From positions 3,100,001 through 3,164,000 of the forward strand of contig CATNEN010000010.1 of assembly GCA_950097015.1 (NCBI GenBank): a stretch of DNA of 64,000 bases. The letters run 5' to 3'. This DNA is from Macrostomum hystrix (Eukaryota; Animalia; Platyhelminthes). The stretch's first letter is position 1. Every line of letters starts with the position of its first letter. The position numbers and the translations under genes are program-made. The notes under the pieces were generated by a model that made no database searches, was not told the origin of the DNA, and saw only the letters and a list, made by a program, of their open reading frames with translations. Below, in pieces: positions 61,290 through 64,000 of this stretch.

Positions 61290-63119
61290 TGCTTGCTTAT
61301 AGTGAAACTGTTCACGTTTTTTGGAACAGAATGAAAACTAAGCAGTTTACAGAGTCTTGTGTAGCTGGAATATATGTAAGAATTCTATGTTCAGTGACTC
61401 ATGCTACACAAGCTCTGTGGCACTTTGAACTGCAGCAGAAAATGAGGCTTGAAAGCATAATTGTGATATACTTTCAGACATCTTTCAAGCAAAAAATGCC
61501 TGCTAAATTAGATAATGATAGCTAAGATTAAAAAAACTTTTTTGCTTCTTTACTAACAAACAGCCTTTAAAAGTATGACCAATTTCTACTCTTATTAAGG
61601 CTAGTTTAAATTAGTGCAAATAATTCTAGGAATCCAAAAGTATGAGGGAAACTTTAGCAAGCTAGCTAACACATTTTTAGAAATTTTATTAAAGCTCACT
61701 AATATTTCCTTTGTCTTCTTAATAAGAAATATTATTCATACAATTATCTCAATTATTCATCTCCACCTTGTCACTGACATGTAGGTAGGCAATCCCTCAG
61801 CATCATTGCTGAATTAATTCATGCTCCTCAGCTTGCAGGCTGAATTGCTGTCCACTGATTTTCTTTTAATATTTATTTGTACTTTAGTTATCAATAAAAT
61901 ACTGAACTGAATATCAATATTTTTAAAATGTGATAATGGTAGATAAATTAGGCAATTTATGTAGGCTCCTAATTAAATGAAGTAATAATTATTTAGATAT
62001 TTAAATAAAGTGTATAACATTATATATTAAATACATTAAAAATGCACAATATTATTCAACAAATCCTCATAATAGATTGCAAACATTTTATACTAAGCCC
62101 ACATCCACGCAAGGACTAGCAAGCTCAGTATATAGGGCTGTATCCTCTATTGCCTTGTCACCACAGTGAATGCTGGCAATGACTGCACATTCATAAAATG
62201 AATTATAATTAAACTATTATTATAAAAATATTATTATAATACTAAATACACAAAAAACTATAATTATATTATCAAAAAAATTGTTGTATTATCTTACAAA
62301 AGATAAAAAGATAATTATATTATCTGAATTTTTAGGAATATTAGTTTCATTATTATCATCATTATTAGTTAATAACTTTTTTCTTCATTCGAAGGATTTT
62401 CTAAGAAACTAAGTCACAAATAAGTCCTACAATATTGTCACAACATTAAATTTTTATATTTTAGCATTTAAATTAAATGCTAAAATATTTAGGTTAACCA
62501 CAAAAACACAAAAATGTGTTCCTGTGCACACTCTGCCACTATTCTGACTATGGCATTTTCTTTTTTGAAGGCATCTAGGTAGACTTGGTACAATCTGATT
62601 GACTTTGACAATTAACTAATTTAATTTTAGGTATTCATTTTTATTAATTTCTTTTTGAGTTATGATGACATATTAGTTGTGGCCCAAAGAATGGACTCAA
62701 GTGTGTTTAAGCATTTTAGTCAATACATTTTTATAATGTCTTATGGTTTGATAGGAGCCCTCTTTATAATTTTATTATTCTTAGTAAAGCATTAGACAGA
62801 CAATTTTTTCTGTGTAATAAAAATAAAATTTCATTTTAACTACTTTATTTAACTACTAAAGATTTTAGGCATTTGCTTCCCTACTTTCAGAAAATTTTCC
62901 TAAAGCGAAAAAACTTTAAGCCAAAACTGATAGCTTGCTTTACTTTTAGAAATTCTGAATTAAAGGCTCCAAAAGAAGTTCAAAATGCTAATTTTCAGAG
63001 TTTAAACAAATTGGGCATAAGTATGGTTTTGTTCGCGCGAAAAACAATAACTGGCGTAACAAGGATAACATGTAACATGGAGAAATGTCAGAATAATGTC
63101 CTTTGGGTAGAAGCTACCT

Positions 63120-63441
63120 AAAGCTAGCTACCTTCAAAAATGGAGCCCTTTCACACTGAAGATTGGCCATGGCAGGTGTTACAACTCTAGGCCCAACCAT
63201 CTATAAACCATTCTACTTGCCGGCGCTGAAGCTTCATAGCTTGTCCGCAGCATTGGCAACTATTCGCAATTAGGTGGTACTTTGCAAGGAAGTGCATCGT
63301 GGCCCTTGCACCTTCATCGCCAGCCACTGTGACAGCATGTATGGATCGTAGGTCACATGGGGGGTGCTCCAGCATGGCCGGGTTCTCCACCTCGTTGGCA
63401 GGGATGAGGACAATCGGTGCTGATGGGCATCTGCCAGCCAT
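63120..63441 (-). pseudogene. Merlin / IS1595-type transposase N-terminal relic
   Basis: FLAKYHLIANSCQCCGQAMKLQRR...DGWA*SCNTCHGQSSV*KGSIFEGS*L follows the C-x2-C...DG-x2-W-x-C-x2-C...S-V-R-K-G-S-x-F-E zinc-ribbon pattern, with three in-frame stops where W, R and K are expected. No DDE domain or TIRs seen. Confidence 0.65.
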
Positions 63442-64000
63442 ATCAAAGTATCTGATTTGAATTAAAAAAATGTGCTCCTCACCAGCTAAACTGCCATGTC
63501 AGCACCACCGACCATGGGGTATATTTTGGCCATAGACGATTTTTTTGGCCGAATTTGAGTTTAACAAACAAAACCATACTTATGCCACAAATTAGAGTAT
63601 AAAAGTACATTTGCAATGCTATAAATAAGGTTAGGACAAGCTACCTGTATAGAAAAAAGCTGACAATCTATGGTCTGCTTCTCTGATTTTTCTAAAGCAC
63701 AGCAGGAGCATAAAGCCATAAGCATATAGTGTTGGTATGTGTGCTTTTCCTTCTTAACTGCTGCTTGAAAAAACACTTGTGGGTAGCCAACAACAGACAT
63801 TGACGGGCCCCAAAGACAGGCACAGTTGAACACATTGTGTTGTGTTCTAGGTGCCATGGGCAAGCTAAAATTAGTTAGCATTGTTGAATTCTATTACTCT
63901 AGTCAGGATCATGTAGAATATGCCAAAAATGTTGGGTGTGCATCTGTTTTGCCTGCCAAATTATGTGTGCATGGTTAGTGACATTAGTGTGTACTTGCCT

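Noticed and set aside
32464-61334. Numerous plus-strand ORFs of 60-180 aa overlapping the housekeeping genes
   Set aside because: They are antisense shadows of GC-rich coding exons with no independent similarity or splice support.

Overview
Eukaryotic (animal) genomic DNA: GC-rich exons with poly-Ala/Gln runs, GT-AG introns and about 30 unrelated mini/microsatellite arrays. The style suggests a free-living flatworm such as Macrostomum; this is inferred, not proven. From left to right the window holds the 3' end of a FoxJ2/3-like gene (+), a secreted 6-Cys eclosion-hormone-like peptide gene (-), an intronless IL-17-like cystine-knot gene that appears to carry two tandem IL-17 domains (+), and a convergent single-pass receptor gene with a SEFIR/TIR-like tail (-). 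That receptor is the last of 11 consecutive minus-strand genes; the others are RPL35A, ORC3, VPS51, a 3-domain gelsolin, SLC25A32, two divergent mitochondrial SSB-like OB-fold genes, MFSD14/HIAT1, LZTR1 and PSME3IP1/FAM192A. Exon chains were assembled by hand with consistent splice phases. Mobile DNA comprises a hAT-type non-autonomous element with a perfect 8-bp TSD, a MITE, tRNA-derived SINE copies and a Merlin/IS1595-type transposase relic. Best leads: (1) a physically linked IL-17-like ligand plus IL-17R/SEFIR-like receptor, with a decayed inverted copy of the receptor tail on the other side of the ligand; (2) two genes (VPS51 and an SSB-like gene) with no usable genomic ATG, whose first acceptor is in frame with an AUG-ending spliced leader, inside an operon-like co-oriented cluster; (3) a tandem pair of divergent mitochondrial SSB-like proteins; (4) a two-copy structured element with compensatory base changes. 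All protein family calls come from manual motif recognition; no database search was run.
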